This document shows positions 29,130 to 39,975 of a DNA stretch of 53,051 nt, in pieces; the first letter of the stretch is position 1, and every line of letters begins with the position of its first letter. The notes below the pieces were generated by a model that had not been told where the DNA came from, searched no databases, and worked only from the letters and a program-made list of their open reading frames with translations. Position numbers and translations under genes: made by a program. This DNA comes from Polymorphobacter sp. (lineage in GTDB: Bacteria > Pseudomonadota > Alphaproteobacteria > Sphingomonadales > Sphingomonadaceae): positions 1 to 53,051 of the forward strand of contig JAYUUE010000090.1 in NCBI GenBank assembly GCA_043754785.1, read 5' to 3'.

Positions 29130-29807
29130 TCAGCCTTCGGCGATTTCAACCACCGCCGCGCGCAGTTCGGGGATGCCGGCCCCCGTCTCGGCGCTCGTCG
29201 CCAGCACTTCGGGGAAGGCCGCGACATGGATGCGGGCGATGGCTTCGACCTTGGCCATCGTCGCCGCCAGTTCGGTCGGCTTGATCTTGTCGGCTTTGGT
29301 GAGGACGATCTGATAGCTGACCGCCGCCTTGTCGAGCATGGTCATGATCTCGATATCGACCGCCTTAAGCCCGTGGCGTGCATCGATGAGCACCAGCACG
29401 CGCTTCAGCACCGCGCGCCCGCGCAGATAGTCGAGGATCAGTCGCTTCCACCGCGCCACCATGTCCTTGGGCGCCTCGGCATAACCGTAGCCCGGCATGT
29501 CGACGAGGCGGAAGATGCGTGGCTCCCCAACATCGAAGAAGTTGAGCTCCTGCGTGCGCCCTGGTGTGTTCGAGGCGCGCGCCAGCCCCTGCCGCCCGGT
29601 CAACGCGTTGAGCAACGTCGATTTGCCGACATTGCTGCGCCCGGCAAAGGCGATTTCCGCGACGTCAGGCGCCGGCAGAAACTCGAGATCGGGGGCAGAC
29701 AGCCGGAACTCGACCGGCCCGGCAAAGCGCCGCCGCGCTGTCTCGATGTTCCAAAGCAATTGCTTGGCGTCGGCCTTTGCGGCGGCCGGATCGATATCAT
29801 CGGTCAT
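29130..29807 (-). CDS. engB: Ribosome biogenesis GTPase YihA/EngB
   Basis: G1 [19 protein letters not shown] and TKAD. Confidence 0.96.
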   Translation of the reverse strand: MTDDIDPAAAKADAKQLLWNIETARRRFAGPVEFRLSAPDLEFLPAPDVAEIAFAGRSNVGKSTLLNALTGRQGLARASNTPGRTQELNFFDVGEPRIFRLVDMPGYGYAEAPKDMVARWKRLILDYLRGRAVLKRVLVLIDARHGLKAVDIEIMTMLDKAAVSYQIVLTKADKIKPTELAATMAKVEAIARIHVAAFPEVLATSAETGAGIPELRAAVVEIAEG

Positions 29808-29812
29808 GTCAC

Positions 29813-31585
29813 TCACTTCGGCCGTACCGGGCGCGGTTTGGCGCTTGGCTTTGCCGGCGTGGGCGCAACCGTTATCGTTTCCGCCGTAGGCGTGGCAGGC
29901 ATCGGATATTTGCGCAGCATGTAGGATTGCTGGGCAATCGACACGAGGTTGTTGACAATCCAGTACAGCTGCAACCCGGTAGGGAATGGCGCCATCACGA
30001 ACATCAGCACCCAGGGCATCAGCGCGAACACCTGGCGCTGCACCGGATCGGCCTGAGGAGGCGCCAGCTTCTGCTGGAACCACATTGTCAGCCCGAGAAT
30101 GATCGGGAACACGCCCAAAGCGATCATAGCCGGCGGCGTCCACGGGATCAGGCCGAACAGGTTTAGCGGCGTCAGCGGGTCGGGGGCGGACAGATCCTTG
30201 ATCCACAGCACAAACGGCTGGTGACGCATCTCGATCGAAACCATCAACGACTTGTACAACGCGTAGAACACCGGAATCTGGATCAGCAACGGCAGGCAGC
30301 CGGCGACCGGATTGACCTTTTCGGCCTTGTACAGCGCCATGATTTCCTGCTGCTGCTTAACCTTGTCGTCCTTGTAACGCTCTTGCAGCGCCTTCATCTT
30401 CGGGCCCATGATCCGCATTTTCGCCATGGATTCATATTGCTTGTTGGCAATCGGGAACAGCGCGGCGCGTACGATCAGGGTCAGGCCGATAATGGCCACA
30501 CCGAAGTTGCCGGTCAGCCGGAACAGCCAGTCGAGCAGATGGAAAATCGGCTGGGCCAGCAGGATGAACCAGCCCCAGCTCACCGCCAGGTCGAAATGCG
30601 GGATGCCGAGGCGGGTCATATAGCTGTCGAGGAGGCTGATCTCCTTGGCGCCGGCGAAGAAATGCCCGGTGACGTCCTGCGAAGCACCCGGCGCAACCGT
30701 CACCACCGGCCCGAGGAAATCGGTCTGGAACAGATCGCCCGGCGCGGCTGCAAAGCGCGCATCGACCTTCATCTTCTGGTCGGGGATGACCGCGGCCAGC
30801 CAATATTTCTCGGTGATGCCGAGCCAGCCGCCGGTCGTGGTATAGCGTTTCGGGCCGTCCTTGATCAGCTTGCCATATTCGACTTCGCTGTCGCGCAGGG
30901 TGCCGTCCATGACGCCGACCGGGCCGATATGCATGTTGAAGCTGGTCTTTTCGGCGCCCTCGCCAAGCCGCGAGACCAGCCCCCAGGACTGAACGTTGAT
31001 CGCCGCCGGGCCGGGATTGCTCACCCGCTGGCGCACGGTGAACATGAAATCCTTGTCGATGGCGATTATCTGCTGGAACACCACGCCAGCGGCATTCATC
31101 CAGCTCAGCGTTACCGGCATCGCGGTAGTCAGCGTCGTGCTGCTCGCCGTCCACCGCGCGTCGGTCGGGGGTGCACCGGCGCCGACCCAACCAAACTGGC
31201 CAAAATAGGCATCGCTGGTGCCGCTCGGGCTGAAAATCCGCACCGGCGGCGAATCCTTGAAGATCGTTAGCCGATACGGCGGCAGCACCAGATCGTCGAA
31301 GCGCGCGCCCTTGAGGTTGATCGACCCCGAAACGCGCGGCGTGGCAATGACGACACGCGGCGTGGCAGCGAGAATTGCCGTGCGGTCGCCGCCGGTGGAT
31401 GCGGCGGCCATGCCGGGCACAGTGCCGCCGGGCACCGGCTCAGCCGCCGTCATCGCTGGCACGCTCGCCACCACCGGCGTAACCACGGCCGGCGGGAAGA
31501 ACCGGTTGGCGACCAGCTGCCAGCCCAGCAGCACCATTGCCGACAGCAGGAATGCCACGATGATATTGCGCGTGTCTTTGCTCAC
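29813..31585 (-). CDS. yidC: Membrane protein insertase YidC
   Basis: [41 protein letters not shown] and WIKDLSAPD. Confidence 0.97.
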   Translation of the reverse strand: MSKDTRNIIVAFLLSAMVLLGWQLVANRFFPPAVVTPVVASVPAMTAAEPVPGGTVPGMAAASTGGDRTAILAATPRVVIATPRVSGSINLKGARFDDLVLPPYRLTIFKDSPPVRIFSPSGTSDAYFGQFGWVGAGAPPTDARWTASSTTLTTAMPVTLSWMNAAGVVFQQIIAIDKDFMFTVRQRVSNPGPAAINVQSWGLVSRLGEGAEKTSFNMHIGPVGVMDGTLRDSEVEYGKLIKDGPKRYTTTGGWLGITEKYWLAAVIPDQKMKVDARFAAAPGDLFQTDFLGPVVTVAPGASQDVTGHFFAGAKEISLLDSYMTRLGIPHFDLAVSWGWFILLAQPIFHLLDWLFRLTGNFGVAIIGLTLIVRAALFPIANKQYESMAKMRIMGPKMKALQERYKDDKVKQQQEIMALYKAEKVNPVAGCLPLLIQIPVFYALYKSLMVSIEMRHQPFVLWIKDLSAPDPLTPLNLFGLIPWTPPAMIALGVFPIILGLTMWFQQKLAPPQADPVQRQVFALMPWVLMFVMAPFPTGLQLYWIVNNLVSIAQQSYMLRKYPMPATPTAETITVAPTPAKPSAKPRPVRPK

Positions 31586-31650
31586 AAACGAAGCTTCTCT
31601 TTGGCAAATGGGCAGGTGGGCAGACGGCGGATGCGCCGCCCTATAGCGTG

Positions 31651-31869
31651 TCAGGGCACCGGGTCATAGCCCGACGGTCCCCAGGGATGACAGCGGCCGA
31701 TGCGCTTCAGGCCGAGCCAAAGACCCTTGATCGGACCATGCTTGTTCAGCGCCTTGATCGTATAGGCAGAACAGGATGGCGAAAATCGACAGGTCGGCGG
31801 CAATACCCTGGAAATCGTCAGCTGCCAGACCCGGATCGGCACGATCAGAACGTGGCTCACCAGGTTCAT
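31651..31869 (-). CDS. yidD: Membrane protein insertion efficiency factor YidD
   Basis: [10 protein letters not shown]...[17 protein letters not shown]. Synteny between rnpA and yidC. Confidence 0.95.
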   Translation of the reverse strand: MNLVSHVLIVPIRVWQLTISRVLPPTCRFSPSCSAYTIKALNKHGPIKGLWLGLKRIGRCHPWGPSGYDPVP

Positions 31870-32198
31870 CGGGCGACCTTGACCAAGGCCCGTTGAAGGT
31901 CGGCGTAGAGGTCGGCGAAATCGCGTTCGTTGCCGCCATCCCGGCCGATCAGCACATGATCGGCACCTGCGAGACCCTGATCCGACAGAAGCGCTCGCGC
32001 CAAAGCGCGAAATCGGCGTTTCATGCGGTTGCGGACCACGGCGCCGCCGATTTTTTTGGTCACGGTGTAACCGGCGCGAATTTTTAGATCGCCATCACCG
32101 CGCGGACGGACCAGCAAGATGAAACCGGGCGTAACCAATCGGCGCGCCTTATTGGCGGCCAGATAATCCCGCCGCAACCTTATGGTTTCGGGTGTCAG
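31866..32198 (-). CDS. rnpA: Ribonuclease P protein component (start uncertain: CTG 32198 or TTG 32177)
   Basis: [24 protein letters not shown] (RNR motif) and DHVLIGR. Confidence 0.93.
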   Translation of the reverse strand: MTPETIRLRRDYLAANKARRLVTPGFILLVRPRGDGDLKIRAGYTVTKKIGGAVVRNRMKRRFRALARALLSDQGLAGADHVLIGRDGGNERDFADLYADLQRALVKVAR

Positions 32199-32329
32199 GC
32201 GGACAGCTTCTTGCGGCCTTGCGCGCGGCGATTGCGGATGACGTTGCGGCCGCCAACTGTCGCCATCCGGGCGCGAAAGCCGTGCCGGCGGGCGCGGACG
32301 AGCTTGGAAGGCTGATAAGTACGCTTCAT
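32195..32329 (-). CDS. rpmH: 50S ribosomal protein L34 (not in the ORF track)
   Basis: Translated by hand: [44 protein letters not shown]. Confidence 0.98.
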   Translation of the reverse strand: MKRTYQPSKLVRARRHGFRARMATVGGRNVIRNRRAQGRKKLSA

Positions 32330-32374
32330 GTCAAAATCCCGTGTGCGGCTGGACGCCACAAATTCAAGTCGTCG

Positions 32375-32403
32375 CCCTTAGGGGCGTTGGCCGTTTGAGT
32401 CAA
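32375..32403 (-). promoter_or_regulatory. Sigma70 promoter of the rpmH operon
   Basis: TTGACT-N17-TAAGGG on the minus strand about 45 nt upstream of rpmH. A -10 lacking the last T is common in alphaproteobacteria. Confidence 0.6.
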
Positions 32404-33184
32404 TCTGCTCGGGCTGCATCACCGTCGCATAAACCTGTTCGAACGCTTCTGCGCCGATACTGACCTCGCCGCGAAAAGGGAAATCCATGGCGGCAACCAG
32501 CAAGATCACCAGCCCGGTGAACGCCGACAGCAAGCCCGTCAGAATGACATGGACGCGCGTCGACATCTTCAGCATCCACAGCAGCAGCGTGTTGACGAAG
32601 GTGCCCAGCAGCACCACCCACCACAGAATATCCGGGATCCCGGCGTTGACATTCGCCAGCCGCTGACCGCGCAACTACACCAACGCATTGGCCTGCGCCA
32701 TGGCTTGCGCATGAAGGGTTTGCTGGCCGAGACCGGCGGGTTTGACGGCGTGCAGTTCATCGTTGAACTGCGCCATGAGCGCTGAGCCCGTTGTCGGCAC
32801 GACGCCCGCCCGTTGCGCCGGCCAGCCCACATCGATGACTTCACGGGTATAGCGCCGCAAAATGCCCTGCAAGTCGCCGCGCACCGGTTGCGGCAGGCCG
32901 CTGACATCGCGGTAAAGCGCGGCGAGGCTGGCCGTCACCTGATCGCCGGTCGCCGAGTGGCTGGTATAGGCCGCCACCGCCAACAGGCCGAGCAACAGTG
33001 GTAAAGTAAGGCAGAGCTCGACATCGCCAACCCGACTCTGTGGTTGGCGAGATCGTCGCGGTGCAGCCATTTGCGCGCTAGCCGGCGAAAACCGAACAGC
33101 CCGGCGATCGACACCACCGCGGATACCGCCATTGAACAGCAGCGCCGTTGTCCAGGTCGGATGATCATAGGTCCAGAAAAGCAT
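32378..33184 (-). pseudogene. DUF4239-like (bestrophin-like) membrane protein pseudogene
   Basis: Reconstruction needs a +1 nt lesion near 33132, a -1 nt lesion near 33000 and a TAG at 32675-32677. Motifs LLLGLLAVAAY, LAALYRD, VIDVGWP and MDFPFRGEVSI. Confidence 0.8.
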
Positions 33185-33273
33185 CGCACCTGCGTAACGG
33201 CCTCGTCGCTTGCGCTCAATCTCACCGCTCGGCCCCTCTCGACTTGCCGGCACGTCCCCGGCATGGTCCTGCC

Positions 33274-34497
33274 GTGACGATTTCTCCCCTTGCTCGCCCC
33301 TTTCCCGCCCTTGCACCCATCAGTGGCGTGCGCATCGGCACCGCCACCGCCGGTTACAAGGCGTGGACACGCGCCGATGTGACGCTGGTCGAACTGGCGC
33401 CCGGCACGGCGGTCGCAGGCGTGCTAACCAACTCGCGCTGCCCGTCGCCTGAAGTCGAGCTATGCAGCCAGCGCCTGCCGGGCGGTCGGGCCCGCGCGCT
33501 GGTGGTCAATGCCGGCAACAGCAACGCCTTCACTGGCATGGCCGGGCGCGAGGCGGCGGCGGCCCAGACGGACGCAGCGGCGGCGCTCCTCGGCTGTGAT
33601 GCTGCAGAAGTGTTCGCCGCCTCAACCGGCGTGATCGGCGTCCCCTTGCCGCAGGCCAAGGCGGTCGCCGGGGTGACAGCGGCGCACGCGGCCTTGGGCA
33701 GCGGCGACTTTCACACCGCAACACTTGCCATCGGCACCACCGATACCTTTGCCAAGGCGGCGACGACTTCGGCGCTAATCGGCGAAACTCGGGTGACGCT
33801 GACCGGTATCATCAAGGGATCCGGGATGATTGCCCCCGACATGGCGACGATGTTGGGCTTCATATTCACCGATGCCGTCGTCGCGCCCGTGTTTCTGCAG
33901 GCAGCACTTTCCCGCGCCAACGCCAGCACCTTCCAATGCATTACGGTCGATGGTGACACTTCGACGTCGGATACCGTGCTGGCCTTTGCCACCGGTACTG
34001 CCGGCAATGCGGATCTTCTCGGCTGGCACTCCCCAGGCGCCGACGCCTTTGTCGCCGCATTGCATGATCTTTGCCGGCAACTGGCGCAGCTGGTGGTCCG
34101 CGATGGCGAAGGCGCAACCAAGTTCATCACCATCACCGTTACCGGCGCTGAAAGCGATGCCGCGGCGCATCGCATTGCCATGAGCATCGCCAATTCGCCG
34201 TTGGTCAAAACCGCCATCGCCGGCGGCGACGCCAATTGGGGCCGCGTCGTCATGGCGGTCGGGAAGGCCGGCGAGGCCGCCGAGCGCGACCTGCTGTCGA
34301 TTCGCTTCGGCGTTACCGAAGTGGCAGCGAAGGGGGCTGTGGTTCCAGGCTATGACGAGGCGCCCGTTGCTGCGCATCTGGCCGGCGACGAAATCGATAT
34401 CGCCGTCGCTATCGGGCTTGGGTCAGGCCGCGCCCAAGTTTGGACGTGCGACCTGACCCATGGCTATATCAGCATAAATGCCGATTACCGGAGTTGA
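33274..34497 (+). CDS. argJ: Bifunctional ornithine acetyltransferase / N-acetylglutamate synthase
   Basis: VVNAGNSNAFTG, STGVIG, KGSGMIAPDMATML, VDGDTSTSD, RDGEGATK and YISINADYRS. Confidence 0.97.
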   Translation: MTISPLARPFPALAPISGVRIGTATAGYKAWTRADVTLVELAPGTAVAGVLTNSRCPSPEVELCSQRLPGGRARALVVNAGNSNAFTGMAGREAAAAQTDAAAALLGCDAAEVFAASTGVIGVPLPQAKAVAGVTAAHAALGSGDFHTATLAIGTTDTFAKAATTSALIGETRVTLTGIIKGSGMIAPDMATMLGFIFTDAVVAPVFLQAALSRANASTFQCITVDGDTSTSDTVLAFATGTAGNADLLGWHSPGADAFVAALHDLCRQLAQLVVRDGEGATKFITITVTGAESDAAAHRIAMSIANSPLVKTAIAGGDANWGRVVMAVGKAGEAAERDLLSIRFGVTEVAAKGAVVPGYDEAPVAAHLAGDEIDIAVAIGLGSGRAQVWTCDLTHGYISINADYRS

Positions 34498-34504
34498 GGG
34501 GCTC

Positions 34505-37477
34505 CTAGAATTTGGTATTGATCCCAAAGCGGAAAACGCGCCCGAACGGATTGCCGATGAACGGATCGTAGCTGACCTGGAGGCGTGCTGCGGGCGGATT
34601 GGCATCCGTGAAATTCTCGATCCCGAACTGCAACTGGGCATCGAGAGAATCGATCGGCAGATTGTAAGTAAAGTTTATGTCGTGCTGAGTGAAGGATTTT
34701 ACCTCCCGGCCGAAGTCTGATGGACCAAATGACGTGCTGATGCAGGGGCTTCCGACGACACAACGATCGTCAGTCACGCCACCGACATAGCGAACCTGGT
34801 AGCGGGCGTTGATCCCCGCAATGCCGTAGCTGACATAGCCGGTGGCCCGAAGTTTCGAAATTGTCCCCGGGTCGCGTTCGTAGTTGGCGAACCCGCGCGC
34901 CTTGTAACCAGCCTGAACCAGCTGACCGCGGAAGATGAAATCGCTGAACGTGTAATCAAGAACGAAGCTCGCCTGCGCGCCAATGCCGAACTGCCCAGGG
35001 CCGACGTCGCCCCTGTAATCGAGTGCAACGTCGATACCGCTCGTTTTGACCTTGGGGCCATTGACCCAATCGGTGCGGACGCGAGAGATGTCGAAGCCGC
35101 TTGTTACCCCCTGAACACAGCCGCCTTGAAAGGTGATGAGGTTGGCAAAGACGCTGCTGCAATTGGCAAAACGCGTGCCGTTCGGCGACACGGCGCCATT
35201 TGCGACCGACGATGCGAGCGCCTGCACCGGGGTCGTTGTGATCCGATCCTTGAAATCAAAGCTCCAGTAATCGACCGAAGCGGTGAAGCCCGAGGTGTTG
35301 ATCACCGCACCGATATTATAGGTAAAGGCCTTTTCCGGCCCGAGATCAGTCGGGTTACCGTATATATCCTGCGATTTGAAGTTGCCGGCGCCGGCCGTGA
35401 GTCCGACAAGTGCAGTTACGAAGTTGGGCGAGACCTGCGTTGCCAGCGGCGCCTTGAAGGTGGTGCCGGCGGAGCCGCGCAGCACCAGCCAGTCAAGCGG
35501 GTTCCAGCGCACCGACCCCTTGGGATTGAAGGTCGAGCCGACGGGTTCGCCGTAATCCTCGAACCGCGCAGCACCGGTCACTTCGAGGCGTTCGGTGATC
35601 GGCACCTTCACTTCGGCGAACAGTGCGTAGACATTCTGGCTCTGCTTGTCGCGCCGCGTGCCGCCAAGGAAGATGAACGGCCCTACGCCATCGGTCGGGG
35701 TTCCGACACAAGAACGATCACCTTCACGGAAGCATGGGTTATTTTGAAGATCTTCGATCGGGCTTAACGCGCGGCTGGTGTAGACATTGCTGCGATACTG
35801 GGCACCGAAAGCATAGGCGATGGCGCCGCCGCCAAAATCGATATTGGTCTCACCCGAAAACACCAGGTCGGCGACATATTGTTCCTCGACTTGGCGGGTG
35901 CCGACGGGAACCTGCAGCCAACGGACAAGCTCCGCCGAATTCTCGTTACCCTTGACATAGGCCGAGTTGGTGAGCTTCAGCGCCGGGTTGCCGGGGCCTG
36001 CATTGGAGAACGGGTTGAACCACATGCAACCATTCTGCCCTGGGGTATTGGCGGCTACGTTGCAGCCCGGCCCGCCGAGGCCGTTCAAGGCATTTTGCAT
36101 CCGCGAGCTGATAATATCGGGGGCATAGGCCTCACGCTCGGACCGCCAGTAAGTGCCATAAAGCTGGGCGCGGAAAGTATCTGAAAACTCTTTCTCGAAG
36201 CCCCCCGAGACGCGCCACGCCTTGTTGTTGGCGGCGCCGCGGCCGGCGCCCTTTTCGGCATCGAGGGGGTTGCCGAGCCAGCCGAGCGGCCGCCAAACGA
36301 CGGCCGTCACGGCGGCCAACGGCCGCACGCCGGTGCTGGGCGCTAGCCCCGTCTGCGCCAGGAACGCCGGGACGCCGGGATTGTTGGGCGACACGGTGAA
36401 CGCACTGATCGACCCCGACCCGCGCGGGCCCTGGGTCGGTGGGAACGACGGCGAATAGCCGAGCGAATTGAGATCGGTTTGCGCGTACAGGCCTTCGAGG
36501 TGGAACTTCAATGTGTCCGACAGATCAATATCGGCCTGAATGTAACCCTGATAGCGATCTTCCTCCTCGATCAGATTATCGAACGGAATGAAGCTGAAGC
36601 GGCAAAGGCCGGAATCGATCGGGCCATCGAGAACGCCGCCAAGGCTTTCACACCCGGCATCACGGCGGCGGGTGGTCACCGGGAGACCATTTTCAAAATA
36701 GGTAGCGGCAAAATTGCCCGGCGTGCTCAGTGCCGACCATCCCGAGGGGTTCTGCTGATAGGTCGTACGCGTGAAGTCACGGTCCGTGGTGCCGAGTTCG
36801 GACCGGTGCTGCCAGCCGACGCCGCCCATCAAGTTGAGTTTGCCGAACTTGGCCCCCGCCAGCGCCGACATCGTCCAGTTGCCCCTGGAACCGTCGATCA
36901 GCTCATAATCGCCTTGAACGCGCATGCCGGTGAAATCGCGCTGGGTGATGAAGTTCGCGACACCGGCGATCGCATCCGACCCATAAGTGGCGGCGGCGCC
37001 ATCCTTCAGGATTTCGATCTGCGACAACGCAAAAAATGGCACCAGGTTGGTATCGGTGAAACCGTCGCCCGGCGCCGAGATCGTGCGGCGGCCGTTGAAC
37101 AGCACGAGCGTGCGCGTCGGCCCCAAGCCGCGCAGGTTGATCGAGCCGTTGCCCTGAAATCCCTGCGACCCGACCGCGAACTGGTTCGAATCGCCGAGAA
37201 CGGCGCCGACCGATGGCAATTGCTTGATGAATTCCAGCGGCGAGGAAATGCCTGCCGCCGTTAGATCTGTTGCCTTGAAGACATCAACGGGCACCGCTGC
37301 ATCTTCGCGGGTGCCACGAATGAAGCTGCCGGTGACGACGATGGTTCCCGCGTCGTCAGGCACTGCGGCCGCGGCGACTTGCTGCGCACTGGCGGGGGCA
37401 GCGATGGATGCCGTCATTCCAAACGCCAACAACCCAGCAAGAGATACGGAGTGCAGATACGTAATACGCATTTTCAT
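34505..37477 (-). CDS. TonB-dependent receptor (about 990 aa)
   Basis: Signal peptide, IVVTGSFI TonB box, INLRGLGPTRTLVLFNGRR, EILKDGAAATYGSDAIAGV and C-terminal F. Confidence 0.95.
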   Translation of the reverse strand: MKMRITYLHSVSLAGLLAFGMTASIAAPASAQQVAAAAVPDDAGTIVVTGSFIRGTREDAAVPVDVFKATDLTAAGISSPLEFIKQLPSVGAVLGDSNQFAVGSQGFQGNGSINLRGLGPTRTLVLFNGRRTISAPGDGFTDTNLVPFFALSQIEILKDGAAATYGSDAIAGVANFITQRDFTGMRVQGDYELIDGSRGNWTMSALAGAKFGKLNLMGGVGWQHRSELGTTDRDFTRTTYQQNPSGWSALSTPGNFAATYFENGLPVTTRRRDAGCESLGGVLDGPIDSGLCRFSFIPFDNLIEEEDRYQGYIQADIDLSDTLKFHLEGLYAQTDLNSLGYSPSFPPTQGPRGSGSISAFTVSPNNPGVPAFLAQTGLAPSTGVRPLAAVTAVVWRPLGWLGNPLDAEKGAGRGAANNKAWRVSGGFEKEFSDTFRAQLYGTYWRSEREAYAPDIISSRMQNALNGLGGPGCNVAANTPGQNGCMWFNPFSNAGPGNPALKLTNSAYVKGNENSAELVRWLQVPVGTRQVEEQYVADLVFSGETNIDFGGGAIAYAFGAQYRSNVYTSRALSPIEDLQNNPCFREGDRSCVGTPTDGVGPFIFLGGTRRDKQSQNVYALFAEVKVPITERLEVTGAARFEDYGEPVGSTFNPKGSVRWNPLDWLVLRGSAGTTFKAPLATQVSPNFVTALVGLTAGAGNFKSQDIYGNPTDLGPEKAFTYNIGAVINTSGFTASVDYWSFDFKDRITTTPVQALASSVANGAVSPNGTRFANCSSVFANLITFQGGCVQGVTSGFDISRVRTDWVNGPKVKTSGIDVALDYRGDVGPGQFGIGAQASFVLDYTFSDFIFRGQLVQAGYKARGFANYERDPGTISKLRATGYVSYGIAGINARYQVRYVGGVTDDRCVVGSPCISTSFGPSDFGREVKSFTQHDINFTYNLPIDSLDAQLQFGIENFTDANPPAARLQVSYDPFIGNPFGRVFRFGINTKF

Positions 37478-37766
37478 GTCAGATATCCCCCAAGCACGTC
37501 TGCCCACCTGCCCAGGTTTTCCTAGTGCAGCTAACAGCGAGTCTATGAGAATATTTCCAATTGGCAATAGTCAGAAACATTATCTGTCACGATTGTCGGT
37601 TCTGCCGTGGAAATGCTGCACCTTCGCACTTGCAACATACATGCAGCATGGACAACCAAAATGACTATTATATTGATATAAATGCTAAAAGCGTGATTTT
37701 TGTGTCGTACTTGCGGCACGGACGGCGGGCGTGCACAGTGTGAAAAACGGGGGAGACTTAGGCGAC

Positions 37767-38660
37767 ATGACCGGCACCGCTTCACGAAAATACGCGGCGA
37801 TGCGTCGCAGCCTGCTTGCTGTAGCAGCCGTGGCCATCGGCGTCATTGTCACCGGTGCCCCCGCGCTTGCCGAAACCCGCACCGTCGCCAACATCGGCCT
37901 CAACAATTCCGAGAGCGCACGCTATGACGCTGCCGGCGACCATTGGCTGGTCAGCAACATCGGGCCGCGCGGCGCTAGCAACGATGGCTTCATCACGCTG
38001 GTCAGCCCCGATGGTACGGTGCTCGACCCGAAATGGATAGCCGGCGGGGTAGGCGGCGTGACCCTCGTCGATCCGCTCGGAATGGCAATCCAAGGCAATA
38101 CGGTTTACGTCGCCGACACCGCTACGGTGCGAACCTTCGATCGCGTCAGCGGCAAACCCGGCTCTGCATACCCCATTCCCGGCGCCATCCGCCTCAACGA
38201 CCTGACCGTCGACGACAAGGGCGTGGTCTATGTCACCGACAGCGGCAATGACGACACGCCGGGGGCGATCTTCCGCATCAGAAACGGCCAGGTCAGCGAA
38301 TTCGCCAAGCGCGATCCTGCGCTGGAACGCCCCAACGGCATCGCGGTGATGGCCGACGGCAACATCGTCCATGGCGGGCGCGGCGTGAACCTGGTCATCC
38401 GCTCCCCTGCCGGCAAGATCGTGCGGGAGATTACGCTCCCCATCGGGCGTTTCGACGGCATCGTCGCGCTGCCCGATAATGGCCTGCTCGTTGCCAGCCA
38501 GGACGGCCATCTGGTCTATCGCGTGCCTCCCGCCGGCAAGGCCGTGGCGGTGGTGTCCGACATCCCGATCCCGGCGGCGATCGGTCTCGACACCAAGCGC
38601 CACCGTTTGGTGGTGCCGCAGATTGTGGCGAGCACATTGACGTTTGTCGATCTGCCATGA
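37767..38660 (+). CDS. Secreted SMP-30/gluconolactonase-like beta-propeller protein
   Basis: Signal peptide and blade motifs DGFITLVSPDG, PLGMAI, LNDLTVDDKGVVYVTDSG, RPNGIA and FDGIV. Confidence 0.82.
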   Translation: MTGTASRKYAAMRRSLLAVAAVAIGVIVTGAPALAETRTVANIGLNNSESARYDAAGDHWLVSNIGPRGASNDGFITLVSPDGTVLDPKWIAGGVGGVTLVDPLGMAIQGNTVYVADTATVRTFDRVSGKPGSAYPIPGAIRLNDLTVDDKGVVYVTDSGNDDTPGAIFRIRNGQVSEFAKRDPALERPNGIAVMADGNIVHGGRGVNLVIRSPAGKIVREITLPIGRFDGIVALPDNGLLVASQDGHLVYRVPPAGKAVAVVSDIPIPAAIGLDTKRHRLVVPQIVASTLTFVDLP

Positions 38661-38670
38661 GGATCCAGCC

Positions 38671-39582
38671 ATGACGCCGATTTTGCATCAGTATCAAACT
38701 TCGCCGTTCTCCGAGTTGGTCCGCGCTGCTTTCGGGCTGAAAGGCATTGCGTGGCAATCGGTGATCATCCCGAACATCATGCCCAAGCCTGACCTTGTTG
38801 AGCTGACGGGCGGCTACGCGCGCACGCCAGTCGTGCAGATCGGCGCCGATATCTATTGCGACACGGCGGCGATCCTCGCGGCACTCGACAGGTTACAGCC
38901 CGAACCGAGCCTTTACCCGGCACCCCTCGGCGCATTGCACAAGGTTATGGCCAGTTGGGCCGGCGGACCGCAGTTCATGGCGCATGTCGGTGCGGCGCTC
39001 GGGGCGATGCCCGATGGCGCGCTGCCGCAGGCTTTTGTCGATGATCGCAAGGGACGCTTCGGGCTCGATATGAAAGCCTTGGCACGTGCCACGCCGCACT
39101 TGACGACGCAGGCGCTGACGGCGGCGCACTGGCTCGACCACAGCCTCGCCGACGGCCGCGCCTTCATCGGTGGTGCCGCGCCAGGCCACGCCGATCTTGC
39201 CTTCTACAGCAATATCTGGTTCGTGCGCGGCAACCCGTTTGCCGCGGCAACGACGTCCCAAATTTTCGCGCTACCGCATCTGACCGCTTGGTATGAGCGG
39301 GTTGAGGCGCTAGGTCACGGGTCGCCGACAACGATCAGCGCCGAAGACGCGATCAAAGTTGCGGCCGTCTCCGATCCCGCACCAGTCACGGGCCGCATCG
39401 ACGCCCCCTTCGTCGAAGGTCAGATGGTGGCGGTGAAGACCGACGGCTCGGGCGATGCGCCGGTCGGGGGGCAGCTGGCGCAATGCGATCCCACCGGCAT
39501 CATCCTGCTGCGCAAAGGCATCCGCTGCGGCACCGTTGCGGTGCATTTCCCGCGACTGGGCCAGATAGTGATGCCCGTCTGA
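38671..39582 (+). CDS. Glutathione S-transferase family protein with C-terminal extension
   Basis: ILHQYQTSPFSELVR, PKPDLVELTGGYARTPVVQIGADIYCDT and VAVHFPRLG. Confidence 0.9.
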   Translation: MTPILHQYQTSPFSELVRAAFGLKGIAWQSVIIPNIMPKPDLVELTGGYARTPVVQIGADIYCDTAAILAALDRLQPEPSLYPAPLGALHKVMASWAGGPQFMAHVGAALGAMPDGALPQAFVDDRKGRFGLDMKALARATPHLTTQALTAAHWLDHSLADGRAFIGGAAPGHADLAFYSNIWFVRGNPFAAATTSQIFALPHLTAWYERVEALGHGSPTTISAEDAIKVAAVSDPAPVTGRIDAPFVEGQMVAVKTDGSGDAPVGGQLAQCDPTGIILLRKGIRCGTVAVHFPRLGQIVMPV

Positions 39583-39638
39583 AACAATTGGTCATTTTGA
39601 GTCGCGTTCAAGCATGACGACCATAAAATAGCCGAGCC

Positions 39639-39959
39639 TCAGCCCAGTTCGCCTTCGAGCCAGCTCTTCAACTGGGATTTCGGCGCTGCGCCGACCTTGG
39701 TCGCAACTGGCGCGCCGTTCTTGAACAGGATCATCGTCGGGATGCCGCGCACGCCATATCTGGTCGGTGCATCGGGGTTCTCGTCGATGTTGATCTTGAC
39801 GATATCAACGCCATCGAGCTCGTTGTTGATTTCCTCGAGTGCCGGACCGATTTGACGGCAAGGACCGCACCATTCCGCCCAGAAATCGACGAGCACCGGC
39901 TTTTCGCTGCTGATCACATCGGAATGGAACGAGGCGTCGGTGACATGTTTGGCGGCCAT
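39639..39959 (-). CDS. trxA: Thioredoxin
   Basis: [11 protein letters not shown] and YGVRGIPT. Synteny with addA. Confidence 0.97.
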   Translation of the reverse strand: MAAKHVTDASFHSDVISSEKPVLVDFWAEWCGPCRQIGPALEEINNELDGVDIVKINIDENPDAPTRYGVRGIPTMILFKNGAPVATKVGAAPKSQLKSWLEGELG

Positions 39960-39975
39960 TGGGCGTCCTTTTTCG

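Noticed and set aside
29808-30206. N-terminal extension of the 358-aa YihA ORF
   Set aside because: It overlaps the yidC 3' end. The probable start is the ATG at 29807.
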